From the NCBI RefSeq assembly GCF_020745735.1, contig NC_083417.1, positions 27,032,001 through 27,096,000 on the forward strand: DNA of 64,000 bases. Direction: 5' to 3'. Position 1 is the first letter of the stretch. The number at the start of each line of letters is the position of its first letter. The DNA comes from Hemiscyllium ocellatum (lineage: Eukaryota). A model generated the notes under the pieces. The model did not search any database. It worked only from the letters and a program-made list of their open reading frames with translations, and was not told the origin of the DNA. Below, piece by piece: positions 37,458 to 50,479 of this stretch. Position numbers and translations under genes: made by a program.

Positions 37458-40037
37458 CAGGTTCACTGGCCCTAGGAACAGATGTAGACAGCTAAAAAGG
37501 CAGATGAATGAGGTGGTGGCCTGGTTAGAAAACCCATCTTCATTTTTTGGGGCTTTGCAACAGTTCTTTTAAAAACTGTTAGACCTCTCACCATTCTCAC
37601 TCCATAATGCACCCATACAGCTTCCATGCCATCGTGCTCAGTGAATGAGACATGACTGTATTCAAACATATAGAATTCTGGCAGGCAGATGAGATTAGTT
37701 TAGATTGGCATCATGGTTAGCATGGTCATGGTGGGGTGAAGGGCCATATGCTGTACTGTTCTATGTTCTTATAGGGATTGAAAGGGAAAATTAAGGAATG
37801 ATGCTTCCCCTGCCTGGCAGCCCTAGAACTAGGGGACACAGTCTTAGAATAAGAGACCGGCCATTTAGAACTCAGATTTTCACTATGTTAAAATGCTCAG
37901 GGAGCCAGTGCAGACACAATGGCCAAATGGCCTCTGTCTGCACTGGAACAATTCCAGATTTCTGAGAGGTGGGAAAAAAAAATCTCTTACTGAGAGAGTT
38001 GTGAATGTTTGTAATTCTCTTCCCCAGATGTCTATGGAGGCCATTACTGACTATGTTCAAGATAGAGATTGATACATTTTCAAATATTTAAAACATCAGA
38101 GGATTGGTGGGACAAACTCAGATTTGGCTGCATCTGTGGAGAGTTTCTGCCTCCACAGACAATTCCAAACATGATGAGTTTCATCAGCATTTTCTGTGTT
38201 TGTTCCAGATTTCCAGCATCTGCAGGTTTTTGTTTTTATTCCAGGGGTTGGTGGTAATTGCAGGGAAATGGTAATGAAGTAAAGGATAAGCCATTGATTA
38301 GTGGGATGGGTTCAGAGGACCGAATGACCTACTCTTGCTCCTATCTCTTAAGTTCTTGTATTCTTAGTCAATGATTTCTGGCTAATTTAGAAAGTAGAGC
38401 CTTAATCAAATGGTAAGTTTTAAGCAGACTTCAAGGAAAATATTCTTTCAATAAACTATATTTTTTTAATTGAGATCATCTTCACAGGAGAAGCAGCACA
38501 AAGGCTTTAAAGGGTAAATTTTCCAAGGCAATAAATCATCAGCAGGAACATACTAAATTTACCTTAATGGTATTTGGCCTTTTTAGTCAATTGACTTAAT
38601 CTTTTTAAGGCATATATAGAAGACTGTGATTTGCATGTGGCAGTTTTTGCTGTTTCTTAAAAATTTATATACACCTTCTTTGAATTAAATTGAGTGCACT
38701 CCACACTTCAATCAAACATAGAAGGGCAGAGATCAAAATGTGACAGGATGCAAAATGACAAGAACAGATGAATGAAAGGTGCATATCTGCTTTGAGTATG
38801 TAATTGTGCTTTCCATAAGTAAATGAAAGATCCAAGTACGTAGTTGGCCCTTGGACTGTAATGCATCTGAAGATCACCATTCTAGGAATGAAAATAACTT
38901 TTCCTAGGTATGTAATATTTCTCTTTACCCATAGTTAAACAGGCACCTGTCTAAATGAAGGACGTTTCTTAAAACTTAATTGCTACTTTCTGTCTTAATT
39001 AAATATAACTTCAACTGGATTAAACAGCTTCCTTTAAACACAAATCATTGATCAATACCTGCCCTAAGGAGCCGTTTTGATATGTTCCCAAAGATACTGC
39101 ATAATGCAGTTTTCATTATAAGAAATGTAGGTTATAGCTGAATCTAATTTCACTGTATGAACATTTCTATTAAAACAAGACACTGTATTCCTTTACGAGC
39201 TGTCTTTTCTCTGACACTCCCAGAGAGATGCGCATCAACTGGACAAGAAGTGAATTCAAAATGTTGTCAGCCATGACAGCTGTTATATAGTATGCCATCC
39301 ACAATGGCTAAAATTGCCATATTCATTACACCACCCCTTGTCCACATAGCCAGGCTTTAAATTGATGTTGAAAAGTATGTTAGTCAGTGCCTCAACTATG
39401 TATTACAAATCATGTCACCAGAAAGTGATTTTTTTTCACTTTATTTCTATCATGTTCTCTATTTCTGTCTGTTCTTGATGTTGCTATGTTTAGCTGGGTA
39501 ATTAAGTGTAATAGAAAATTTAGACTGAAGTGCCTCTATTTCAGAAAGGGTCTTCTGTTAATAAATGATTGCAATGTTGTTTGACTTCTTTTGAACAAGA
39601 CATTTCTTTTTGTGAAACCAACCTGTGTTCTTCTTCAATATGAATTTTAATAGCAGCACTGAATCTAGCAAGTGAACTACTAGTCAGAGATGCAAAACTG
39701 CAGTCAGTAACACAGGAATCAAACACCTACGAATTATTACAGTTTATGAAACATTTCTATACTGCACAGAGCAATTTGGAAATGAGAAGTATTGCGCAAA
39801 TACAATAACAATTTACTACTTTAATTATGGAGCCCAATATAAGTTGGCAATTAATCTGTTCTGTTTACTGATATAGATCATTAGCTTTACCATTCATGGA
39901 ATTAAAATGTTTTTGAATGGGTCAGTAATTTAGTTATCTCAAAGTGATAAAATGTATAAAGTATTTAGGGTAAAAAAAAGTTGTGATTTATTGTTGCAGG
40001 ACTTGATTTCTTAAGATGTGACTAGTGAGCTGAATGT

Positions 40038-40056
40038 TAGTGACATCTAGTGGCCA
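40038..40056 (-). promoter_or_regulatory. Candidate CTCF site
   Basis: Minus strand TGGCCACTAGATGTCACTA fits the 19-bp CTCF core; lies in non-repeat-looking intron sequence. Confidence 0.45.
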
Positions 40057-40964
40057 AAGTACAGTATAAAAATGTTAATTGGTTTGTGAGATATTTTTGC
40101 ATATAAACAAATTTAATTGCTATTTTTCTTATTTTCAATATAATTATTTAAACATAGGCTTATGAACTGATTAGCAATCAGTGCATTACTTGCTGTTTAT
40201 TATGGAAATTGTAGAGTAATCTTGATAACTAGTTCATAGCACGTGTATATAAAAACGCTACGTCCATGTAATGACAGCAGCAAATTAAGTGGCAAGTTTT
40301 ATTTTTAAGAAAGATCAGCAATTAGATTTTCTGGCTTAATGTGCCCTTCATATTTTGAATAATTTCCCCAAATTATTGTTTTGAGTTTTGTTGGTAAAAA
40401 TTTTGAAAATTGTATTTGATTCAGAGCTAGTCAAGAAATCATCTGCAAATAAATAACCCAGATTCTGATGTTAACCAGATTGAAAACAGCCACCAAAGAA
40501 AGCAAAGGAATTAATATCATTCAAAGAAAGCTGATGGAGCATGTTTTGTTTTCTCATCTGTCCATCAGAATTTCAGATTTATGTATTTTCTAGGGATGGT
40601 AGCTGTCAACAACAAAACTAGTTTCCAGTATTTACACCAATGCAGTTTGAGTTCACCATGGCAGCAGCAACTTTCTCCTGGCCAATTGATTGAAAGCAAG
40701 CATATTGCAAGCTGCTCCAAAGAAAGCAACAACCAAGTTAACTGCTGTAGTCAGTATTTCTACACGACAACCTAGGATTTTAAATTGGCCTTGTCAATGT
40801 TGCAGATTATTTCAAGAAACTGGAAATGGTATAATTTCATATTTTCACCAAACAACTTTTTATAGATATTGTTTTAAAAGTGTGTACTATTCAAAATTAG
40901 CTTCACTGTCAACATCAGTACTTGAGGTTACTTACTGAGAACAAAAAAGACAAAAAAATTCATG

Positions 40965-41240
40965 ATTTCAGGTTGTACCAAAGTGCTTTATAATCAAGGA
41001 AGTACTTTGGAAGTGAAATCACTGTTGTCACACAGGAAACAGGGCAGTCAATTTTGTACAAAGTGAATTCCCACAGACAGTACCCAGATAATGTTTTTTA
41101 CTGATCTTGATTAAGGGTTAATTATTAGCCAGATTAGTGGACATAACATCCCTGTTCTTCTTTGAAATAGTGTCATGAGATCTTTTGTGACACCTAAGAG
41201 AGTAGATGTGGCCTCAGTTTAACTTGTTATCCAAGGGATA
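40965..41240 (-). mobile_element. Deu-domain SINE (SacSINE1/AmnSINE1-like), degenerate
   Basis: Minus strand ..gttaaactgaggcc..aaaagatctcatgacactatttcaaagaagaacaggga..acaacagtga..cacttccaaagtacttc..taaagcacttt matches the Deu body and tail as I recall them. Confidence 0.7.
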
Positions 41241-43151
41241 TTTTATAAATCTCTATGCCACCAAATGTTCTCAACTATCTGAAATGAAATTGTAAGAATA
41301 AGAACAAGTGTGTCTAGGGAACTAGAGCCTTGTGTGTAGAAGAGGAAGATCAATTCCTTGATGCTTTTAAAGACCATATTGACTATTGGCTGTTTGATGA
41401 GGAATATTACCTTTTTGCGTTGAAATGCAAATTTCTTGAGACAGAAAATATTTAAGAAATTAAATGATGAAAGAAATATGATATAATCTGTGAGCAGTTT
41501 GGCACAATTATTTAGCTCATTCAGCCAACACGTAATATATTGCTGCGTATAAAGGTATTTATTTGCACTAGCTTGTATGAGTTTCCAAAGAAATTTATCT
41601 TGCTAAACTAGCATATTTTTCAAAGTATTGATACCTGACTTTGATGTTTAAAAATGGCTGTTTTTGGAAGCTGCATTCCTTAACAGGAGTAGAATTTTTG
41701 CACAACTGTAAATTATAATTAATAATAATTGTAATTAAAATGCAAAATAGAGTAGCTCTCTTGCTGTTTCACCCAAGAGATTATTTTTAATGTAGTTGGC
41801 TAACAAAGCCATGAAACCAAATGCTTATTGATAAATTGTGCCTGATGACTCAGCAGACTCAAGATGGATGCCATCACTCCTTCTGCTACGAAGCAAAATG
41901 CACTGATTATCCTTCATTTATATCATACTACAAAGAACAAAGTTAGGATTGGTACATACGCATTAGAATTATCATAAATATACTTTTAGAAAATGTAGTA
42001 AATTCAGATAGTGGAATTTTTCTCTTAATAAGATATATCAACATAACAGTTATGAACAAAGAAGTTAAGGATTATGAATTTCTGTGGAAGAACTAAGCTG
42101 ACTCAAATAGAACATGTAGGGCAGAATGTTGTAAAGGCTTGAATGATATGGGCTGCAGCAAAAAATCACACATGACATTGGGCGAAGCCTTTTTCTACAT
42201 GGGGACGAATTTATTGCATTTTCAAACAGAATTCCAAGCAACATATTCTCGGTATGGAGTGACAAAATGTCTGTTAATGAGATTAATGTGGATTAACAGT
42301 ATCATTAATAACCAGTCTCACCTCATTAATGTACAACTTCCTATTCTATCATATAAATAGTCATCAACAATTCCCAATGTGCAAGTACGAGCAGATACCT
42401 AGCGACATCCACTCCTCTGGGCACTCAGTAACAACTTCTCAAGGCACAGTCTAGTGCACTAGATTGCAGCGTGTGCAAAGGACACTGATAATTGCCAGCC
42501 TCTCAGAACCCATGTGGTACCTCTCCACTCTGCATGCAGGATGCTACAGTACTTTAAAGCTGCACTTCGGGGCACAATGGTAACTAGTATTAACGTACTG
42601 TTACAAGGCCAGTTTGCATGCAGGGACAGGCTCCCAGCTTGCGGATTGGATCAAGCTGTGTCCCAGCACTACTTGCTTGCTCTGTCAGCACACATTCACT
42701 GAGTACCAACCCAGTTGCTCACTGAATTGCTAAGCAGATTTTTTAGCACAGTGACAAGAGCCAGGTAACTTGTCTTTCCGATAAGCAATCCCCAGTCAAG
42801 AAAGTGGACATTGTGCTGTATAGCATATCAATACATCAATCTGAAACCGACACCATGTGTAAGTCACGTACACGTACTTCATGTACTTCAAACAGTCATA
42901 TCTAAAGGTCTAAGGGGAGTAATTTTCACTGAAGGCCATCTGTCAGTCAGGCGGTTTGGCTCAGGAAGTCAAGGGCAGCCTCTGAGATCAATCCAGAGGC
43001 ATGTCCAAGAGTCCTGCCTGGGTGCCCATGGTCCAAAGGGTCATGCCTTTGAAATCTATGGTCACGGTCAGTCATGTGGCTCCTTAATAGTCGGTTCAGG
43101 GTCAATGCTGACACAATCATGTGTGGCCATCATTCAGTGTACTGGCTCTTG

Positions 43152-43915
43152 AATGATTGATTGATTGATTTGATTTATTGTTCCGTGTATCTGAGTACAG
43201 TGAAAAGTTTTGTTTACAAACAGTACAGGCAGATCTTGGTAAGCAAGGACATATAGATCATAGGATAAGAGAGAAGAAAAATGTTGGACAGGGGCATACA
43301 GATTACAGTGCACGGGTCAACAGTAACAAGATCAGCATTATTTGAAGTTAGAGAGTCCGCTCATCAGTCTAATAATGGCAGGAAAAAGTTGTTCTTGAAC
43401 CAGCTGGTGCACGTGTTCAGGTTTCTGTACCTTCTGCCTGACGGAAGAGTTTGGAAGAGAGCACTACCGGGGTGGGAAGGGGTTGTGATGATGTTGGCAG
43501 CCTTTCTGCAGCAACGAGCTGTGTAATTGGGGTCTATGGATGGAAGGTGATGGTCTGGGCAATGCACGCTTCCTTCTGTAGTTTTTTTACGGTGCTGGAC
43601 AGAGCAGTTGCTGTACGAGGCCATTACGCACCCGGACAGTATGCTTTCTAAGATGCATCTTTACAAGTTCGTGAGGATCCGTGCCAAATTTTGTAAACCA
43701 CCTGAGGAGGAAGAGGCGTTGTTGTGACTTCTTGACCATCGCATCTACATGGCAAGTTCAGGACAGGTTGTCAGTTAATATCATTCCTAGGAACTTGATG
43801 GTCTCAACCCTCTCAACCTCCACTCCATTGATGTAGATGGAGGCATGTTCTCTTCTTTCTGAAGTTAATGATCAGTTATTTAGTTTTGCCAACATTGAGA
43901 GAGAGGTTGTTATCC
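43152..43915 (-). mobile_element. Rex1/Babar-type LINE 3' fragment
   Basis: ORF 43364..43624 RKAANIITTPSHPGSALFQTLPSGRRYR..FKNNFF; upstream KFLG..KKSQQRLFLLR relic; (aatc)n tail. Confidence 0.8.
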
Positions 43916-44281
43916 AGGGTTATGTAGTTAAGTGGGTTAAGGAGATGGACTATGGTCTTTCAGTTATTTTCATCCAATAAAAGCAATGGACACAGGGATG
44001 AGCGGAAACTTGACGGGCCACTGTTGCAGGAAGGGGAGTTGGTAACTTTATTCAAGGGGATACAGTGCAGGCACAGAGACAGGAGAGATAAAGGAGTGAA
44101 GGCAACTCAATATATAAGATGATGACACAATAAAACATGGATAAGAGCTGAGTCATACAAGAGTTGGGGAGTTCACCATTGTATAGAGTCATGCTAGCTC
44201 CCAGTGGGTACAGTGTCTGAACAAACCTGGCATGGGGCTGTTGGGGAGGGGTAGCAAGATAGGCAGGTACAGACTCATATA

Positions 44282-45219
44282 CAGAGGAACCTCAGTTTTC
44301 TGAATATCAATTATCTGAATATCGGATTATCCGAAGGAGATCTCGAGATCCCGATAGAAACATTACATAAAAGACGTGTTTCCAACAGTGATCGCGCCTT
44401 TTGTTTACAGTGATTAAACGTGAACTCAGCTGACTGAAATGCTATCAAGAACAATCCTGGACTGATGGGAACCCAGGCACAGTCTCCAAATGACTGACCT
44501 CCTGCCCTCTGTCTTTCCCCACAGACTTTCCCAGAGTTTTACACAGAGGTGTATCCAAAACCCCCTTCCCCAGATAATCTCTCCAACATTGTCCTGTACA
44601 TGGCAAAGGTGGAACATGTCAAAAAGTTACAGTCAAAAGTTGAGTGTGTGGCAGTGTGTGCACGCACTATTTGGAGATTCACTACCCAAAAGGCAGCAGC
44701 AGCAGTCTTATTATTGTTATCCAGTCCGGCAGCCTCGGAGAGGGGTCGGGAGCAGGTCGGGGGGCACACGAGTGGGGCTGTGGGCAGGGTGCGGGGGTGG
44801 AGGCAGACGGGGTGGCCAGTTTTGGATGGGGTTGGGAGACGGGCAGGAGTGGGGACAAATGGGAGGGGAGTGTTGGACAGAATTGGGGGGTGGGGGAAGG
44901 AGAATGGTGTCGGATGCGATTGGGTGCCCGGGTGGTGTTGGACGGGGTTGGGGGCAGTGTTGTATGGTTTAGGTGGTGGGGGGAAGGAGGGCTGTGTTGG
45001 GCAGGTTTGGGGGTGCAGGCGGTGTTGGACAGGGTTGGGAGGCAGGCGAGGGCAGGGACTCGCGTGCAATGTGCTGATGCCTAATCTCCTGAATGGGGAG
45101 TGGTCTTAAGAGAAAACTCTAAGCCCCAGAGGAAAGGCATTGAATTAATTAACCGAATAATCAATTATCTGAACAAAATAGTGCCCACCCATCTCGTTCA
45201 GACAATCAAGGTTCCTCTA
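44282..45219. mobile_element. Tc1/mariner-type non-autonomous element with G-rich internal minisatellite
   Basis: TA flanks; TIRs cagaggaacctcagttttctgaa and reverse-complement tagaggaaccttgattgtctgaa; subterminal attatc(c/t)gaa repeats. Confidence 0.75.
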
Positions 45220-45627
45220 TAGATGGGTTTGGTTGGGACCTGAGGAGGTTTCTGGAAAGGGGATTTGGAATTTTGGGACCTCTCTGACTCACAAACACAG
45301 TCTGGAAATTACTTTCCAAGAGCGTCATTTCGTCTTCCATCATCCTGGAAATTGTAACTGCTCAGTTGGCAAGACAATAGCTCTAGCTGCAGCTGGCGTA
45401 AGATAATGTAAAGGTCTTGGCATGTGTTAGAAAAAGCTGCAAAACCCAACAATGTCAGGCCTTTCAGTAGGCAACAAGACAGATGGACCCATTCATTGCA
45501 TAGGATCCAGACCGACAGGTTCCCAGTCCAATGCAGATTGTTTTGCTTCTCTTCACTGTATGTTACACACCTCGAGGTGGAAACATTGCTGCCCATTTCA
45601 AGCAAGAGCAATATCTGAGGTCACTGG

Positions 45628-46486
45628 TTCTGGATTATTGGGGCTGGAAGAGCACAGCAGTTCAGGCAGCATCCGAGGAGCAGTAAAATCGACATTTCGG
45701 GCAAAAACCCTTCATCAGGAATAAAGGCAGAGAGCCTGAAGCGTGGAGAGATAAGCTAGAGGAGGGTGGGGGTGGGGAGAAAGTAGCATAGAGTACAATA
45801 GGTGAGTGGGAGAGGGGAGGAAGGTGATAGGTCGGGGGTGGAGTGAGGGTTGAGTGGATAGGTGGAAAAAAAGATAGGCAGGTAGGACAAGTCATGGGAA
45901 CAGTGCTGAGCTGGAAGTTTGGAACTGGGGTGAGGTGGGGGGAGGGCAAATGAGTAAACTGTTGAAGTCCACATTGATGCCCTGGGGTTGAAGCGTTCCG
46001 AGGCAGAAGATGAGGCGTTCTTCCTCCAGGCGCCTGGTGGTGAGGGAGCAGCGGTGAAGGAGGTCCAGGACCTCCATGTCCTCGGCAGAGTGGAAGGGGG
46101 AGTTTAAATGTTGGGCCACAGGGCGGTGTGATTGATTGGTGCGGGTGTCCCGGAGATGTTCCCGAAAGCACTCTGCTAGGAGGCGTCCAGTCCCCCCAAT
46201 GTAGAGGAGACCGCATCAGGAGCAACGGATACAATAAATGATATTAGTGGATGTGCAGGTAAAACTTGATGGATGTGGAAGGCGCCTTTAGGGCCTTGGA
46301 TAGAGGTGAGGGAGGAGGTGTGGGCGCAGGTTTGCAGTTTCTGCAGTGGCAGGGGAAGGTGCCAGGATTGGAGGTTGGGTTGTAGGGGGGCGTGGACCTG
46401 ACCAGGTAGTCACGGAGGGAACGATCTTTGAGGAAGGCAGAAAGGGGTGGGAAGGGAAATATATCCCTGGTGGTGGGGTCTTTTTG
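45628..46486 (-). mobile_element. Inverted copy of the 3' part of the adjacent PLE
   Basis: Reverse complement of about 48662-49537 (QKDPTTRDIFP..AQHLNSPxHSAEDMEVL..LEEERLIFxLGTLQPxxINVDF). Confidence 0.92.
45687..45722 (-). ncRNA. Minimal type I hammerhead motif with intact catalytic core
   Basis: Minus strand AUUC-CUGAUGA-A-GGGU-UUUU-GCCC-GAAA-U-GUC-GAUU. Confidence 0.6.
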
Positions 46487-49400
46487 CCATCTCAAACATC
46501 AAAAACTGTAAGTACTAAAAACTTTTATCTACCCACCTCCATAACCAATGCTCCTCAAACATTCCAGAAGATTCCCCAGCCTCTGGAACTGCTCGGACGC
46601 CATTAGCCATGCAGCTGGTGCAGCTGCCACCCCCACGCTGATTGATTATGTCACTTCCGCCCCCATTATGGCCACTCCCACAACCACTTCCGCCCCTCAC
46701 AATTTCTCATGCATCACACGTGACATCACTTCCGTCCCTCTCAACATCGCTGATGTCACACGCTCAGTGACTTCCGCCACCCATACTGCCGTGTCTGCCA
46801 GCATTTCTGCCCCCACCAACGCCACTCTCCTGCATTCTGCTGACATGCCCCTCACAGATCCCACTGTCACCACTCCCGGCCTCCAGAACCCTGAGGGGAA
46901 CGAGGGGAACACCACCCCTGCTCATGACTCCACCTCCATTCCCCACACCATCACACCCACTCCAGTTACTGGCTCCGCCCCCACTCACAGCTCCACATCC
47001 ACACCAGATCCCAGCTCCCAGCCCTACCGAGTTTTCACCATCCCCCAGACCTCCCCCTCACTGAGGACGAACGATCAGTCCTCAGCAAAGGACTCACCTT
47101 CATCCCCCTCCGTCCATGCATCAATTAATTTAATACATGCCGTGACGTTGAACACTTCTTCCGCCGCCTCCATCTCCGAGCTTACTTTCACAATCAGGAC
47201 TCCCGCCCACTTTCCGAGGACCCCCGCCTACCTTCCGAGGACCCCTTTGCCCACCTCCAACACACTGCATCCACTTGGACACCACGCGCTGGCCTATTAC
47301 CTGCCCTCGACCTCTTCATTTCCAACTGCCGCGGGGACATTAACCGCCTCAATCTGTCTACCCGCCTCCAACCCCTCACCCTCACAACGCACAGCCCTCC
47401 GATCCCTTTGCTCCAATCCCAATCTCACCATCAAGCCAGCAGATAAAGGGGGCGCAGTGGTAGTCTGGCGCACTGACCACTGAAGCCAAACGCCAACTCG
47501 AGGACACCTCTTCCTACTGCCCCCTCGACCATGACCCTAGCCCCCATCAGCAAACCATCATCTTCCAGACCATACAGAACCTCATCACCTCAGGAGATCT
47601 CCCACCCACAGCTTCCAACCTCATAGTCCGGGAATCCCGCACTGGCCGGTTCTACCTCTTCCCAAGATCCATAAGCCTGACCGCCCTGGCCAACCAGCAT
47701 GCTCCTGCCCCACTGAACTCATCTCTACCTAACCCGACACTGTCCTATCCCCCAGGAACTCCCCACAAATGTTCAAGGCACCCCCCACACCCCCCACCTC
47801 ATCCAAGACTTCCGTTTCCCCGGCCCCCCTCGCCTCATCTTCACCATGGATATCCAATCCCTCTAAACCTCCATCCGCCATGACCAGGGCCTCCAAGCCC
47901 TCCATTTTTTCCTCTCCCGACATCCCCAACAGTACCCTTCCACCGACACTCTCATTCGTTTGGCTGAACTGGTCCTCATCCTTAACAATTTCTCCTTCAA
48001 ATCCTCCCACTTCCTCCAGACCAAAGGGGTAGTCATGGGCACATGTATGGGCCCCAGCTATGCCTGTCTCTTTGTTGGCTACGTAGAATAGTTGCTCTTC
48101 CGTAATTACACCGGCACCACTCCCCACCTCTTCCTCCGCTACATTGATGACTGCATTGACGCCACCTCGTGCTCCCGTGAGGAGGTTGAGCAATTCATCG
48201 ACTTCAACACATTCCACCTTGACCTTAAATTTACCTGGACCATCTCTGACAACTCCCTCCCCTTCCTGGACCTCTCCATCTCCATTAGTGATGACCGACT
48301 TGACACTGACATTCTTTACAAACCCATCAACTCCCACAGCTACCTGGATTACACCTCTTCCCACCCTACCTCCTGCAAAAATGCCATCCCGTATTCCCAA
48401 TTCCTCCACCTCCGCCGTATCTGCTCCCAGCAGGACCAGTTCCACCACAGAACACACCAGATGGTCTCCTTCTTTAGAGACCGCAATTTCACTTCCCACG
48501 TGTTTAAAGATGCCCTCCAAAACATCTCGTCCACATCCCGCACCACCGCCCTCAGACCCCACCCCTTCACCCATAACAAGGACAGAACGCCCCTGGTGCT
48601 CACCTTTCACACTACAAACCTTCAGATAAGCCAAATCATCTGCCGACATTTCCGCCACCTCCAAAAAGACCCCACCACTAGGGATATATTTCCCTCCCCA
48701 CCCCTTTCCACCTTCCACAAAGACCGCTCCCTCCGTGATTACCTGGTCAGGTCCACACCCCCCTACAACCCACCCTCCAATCCTGGCATCTTCTCCTGCC
48801 ACTGCAGGAACTGCAAAGCCTGCGCCCACACCTCCTCCCTCATCTCCATCCAAGGCCCTAAAGGAGCCTTCCACATCCATCAAAGTTTTACCAGCACATC
48901 CACCAATATCATTTATTGTATCTGTTGGTCCCAATGCGGTCTCCTCTACATTGGGGAGACTGGACGTCTCCTAGCAGAGCACTTTAGGGAACATCTCCGG
49001 ACACCCGCAACAATCAATCACACCGCACCAATCAATCACACCGTCCTGTGGCCCAACATTTAAACTCCCCCTCCAACTCTGCCGAGGACATGGAGGTCCT
49101 GGGCCTCCTTCACCGCCACTCCCTCACCACCAGATGCCTGGAGGAAGAACGCCTCATCTTCCGCCTCGGAACACTTCAACCCCAGAGCATCAATGTGGAC
49201 TTCAACATTTTCCTCATTTCCCCTTCCCCCACCTCACCCTAGTTCCAAACTTCCAGCTCAGCACTGTCCCCATGACTTGTCCAACCTGCCTATCTTCTTT
49301 TCCACCTATCCACTCCACCCTACCCCCGCCCCGACCTATCAATTTCATCCCCTCCCCCACTCACCTATTGTATTCTATGCTACTTTCTCCCCACCCCCAC

Positions 49401-49570
49401 TCTCCTCTAGCTTATCTCTCCACGCTTCAGGCTCTCTTCCTTTATTCCTGATGAAGGGCTTTTGCCGTAACATCGATTTTACTGCTCCTCGGATGCTGCC
49501 TGAACTGCTGTGCTCTTCCAGCACCACTAATCCAGAATTTGGTTTCCAGCATCTGCAGTCATTGTCTATA
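46487..49570 (+). mobile_element. Penelope-like retroelement body (RT plus GIY-YIG endonuclease), disrupted by frameshifts and stops
   Basis: LTIKPADKGGAVVVW; MGTCMGPSYACLFVG; FLRYIDD; LPFLD; CICWSQCGLLYIGETGR; 3' end with CTGATGA hammerhead motif at 49448. Confidence 0.93.
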
Positions 49571-50479
49571 CCAACATGGTGCCTAGTTTCTAGAGACATT
49601 GTTCCACGTGAACTGATGCATATCCTTACAGTGAAAGAATTACAACAGAGACTACACAGAGTCACAAACAAACAGCTTTAGCAGCACTCTGGGCATGTTT
49701 TAACAAACATTAGACTTTATTGGGAATGAAATGTCAACTTGCCTTAGTGTACTCTCATTAGATTTTGTTTTACCTTTCTATCTATAGTACTCTCATTTTT
49801 CTCTTCTGAGTGCCAGTATTTTCTCTTTATAGGAAGTAGGGAGCCTAAACTTGGGCATCCTGCCACCCATCTAGGCCTTTTCTGCCCTATTGTGGGTTGT
49901 CTTCTGAAAACAGAGAAAAGGAGGAATTGAATGAGATGAAAGTGGCAGCTGTTAGTACAGGTACAAGTTGGGGTAAGCTAGTGAGGTGCCCCAAGTGAAT
50001 GAATGGGCAGAACAGAGGGCATTGAGGGCTATTATTATGGGAGGATGGGAGAGGAGGTAAGAGCAAATAAGACATTGCTGCTTGCAACAATTCTGTGTGG
50101 TAGAGCTTTATTTTTGCTGGGAGATGAGGGCAGTAGCAGGGACAAAGTATGTATGAGGGAAGGTGGTGGCATTACCCAGGTGGATAAAGGTCATTTACTT
50201 TTCTACAGCACCTCTGAGAATTCTCTGAATAGTTGATCCATGACCAGACTGGCAAAGTCTGAAGACGTGGCCTCCTCTGCAGCACATCCAGGTCCTTGTC
50301 CACAAAACAGGGCAGCAATATTCCTTTGTCTTCCATAGCTGGGGATAATGTCAGGAATGTTGCACAGTCACGTCTGAATGTGAGTGCTCATCCTGCTGTG
50401 CAATAGCATGTTACAGGTGATGTGGGCACCAGGGATGTTAGTCCATTCCAGAAATCTGGTCAGTGGTTCATTTTTGGAG

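Noticed and set aside
39654-39810. Helical-looking + strand frame (ALNLASELLVRDAKLQ...) as an extra host exon
   Set aside because: Available AG acceptors give the wrong phase or an immediate stop, and there is no good donor; flanking exons already join in frame.
44490-45109. Several overlapping 146-186 aa ORFs
   Set aside because: Produced by the stop-poor G-rich minisatellite inside a non-autonomous transposon; no transposase motifs.
47729-48934. 401-aa minus-strand ORF
   Set aside because: Antisense shadow of the C-rich Penelope RT frame; Gly/Val/Glu-biased with no recognisable domain.
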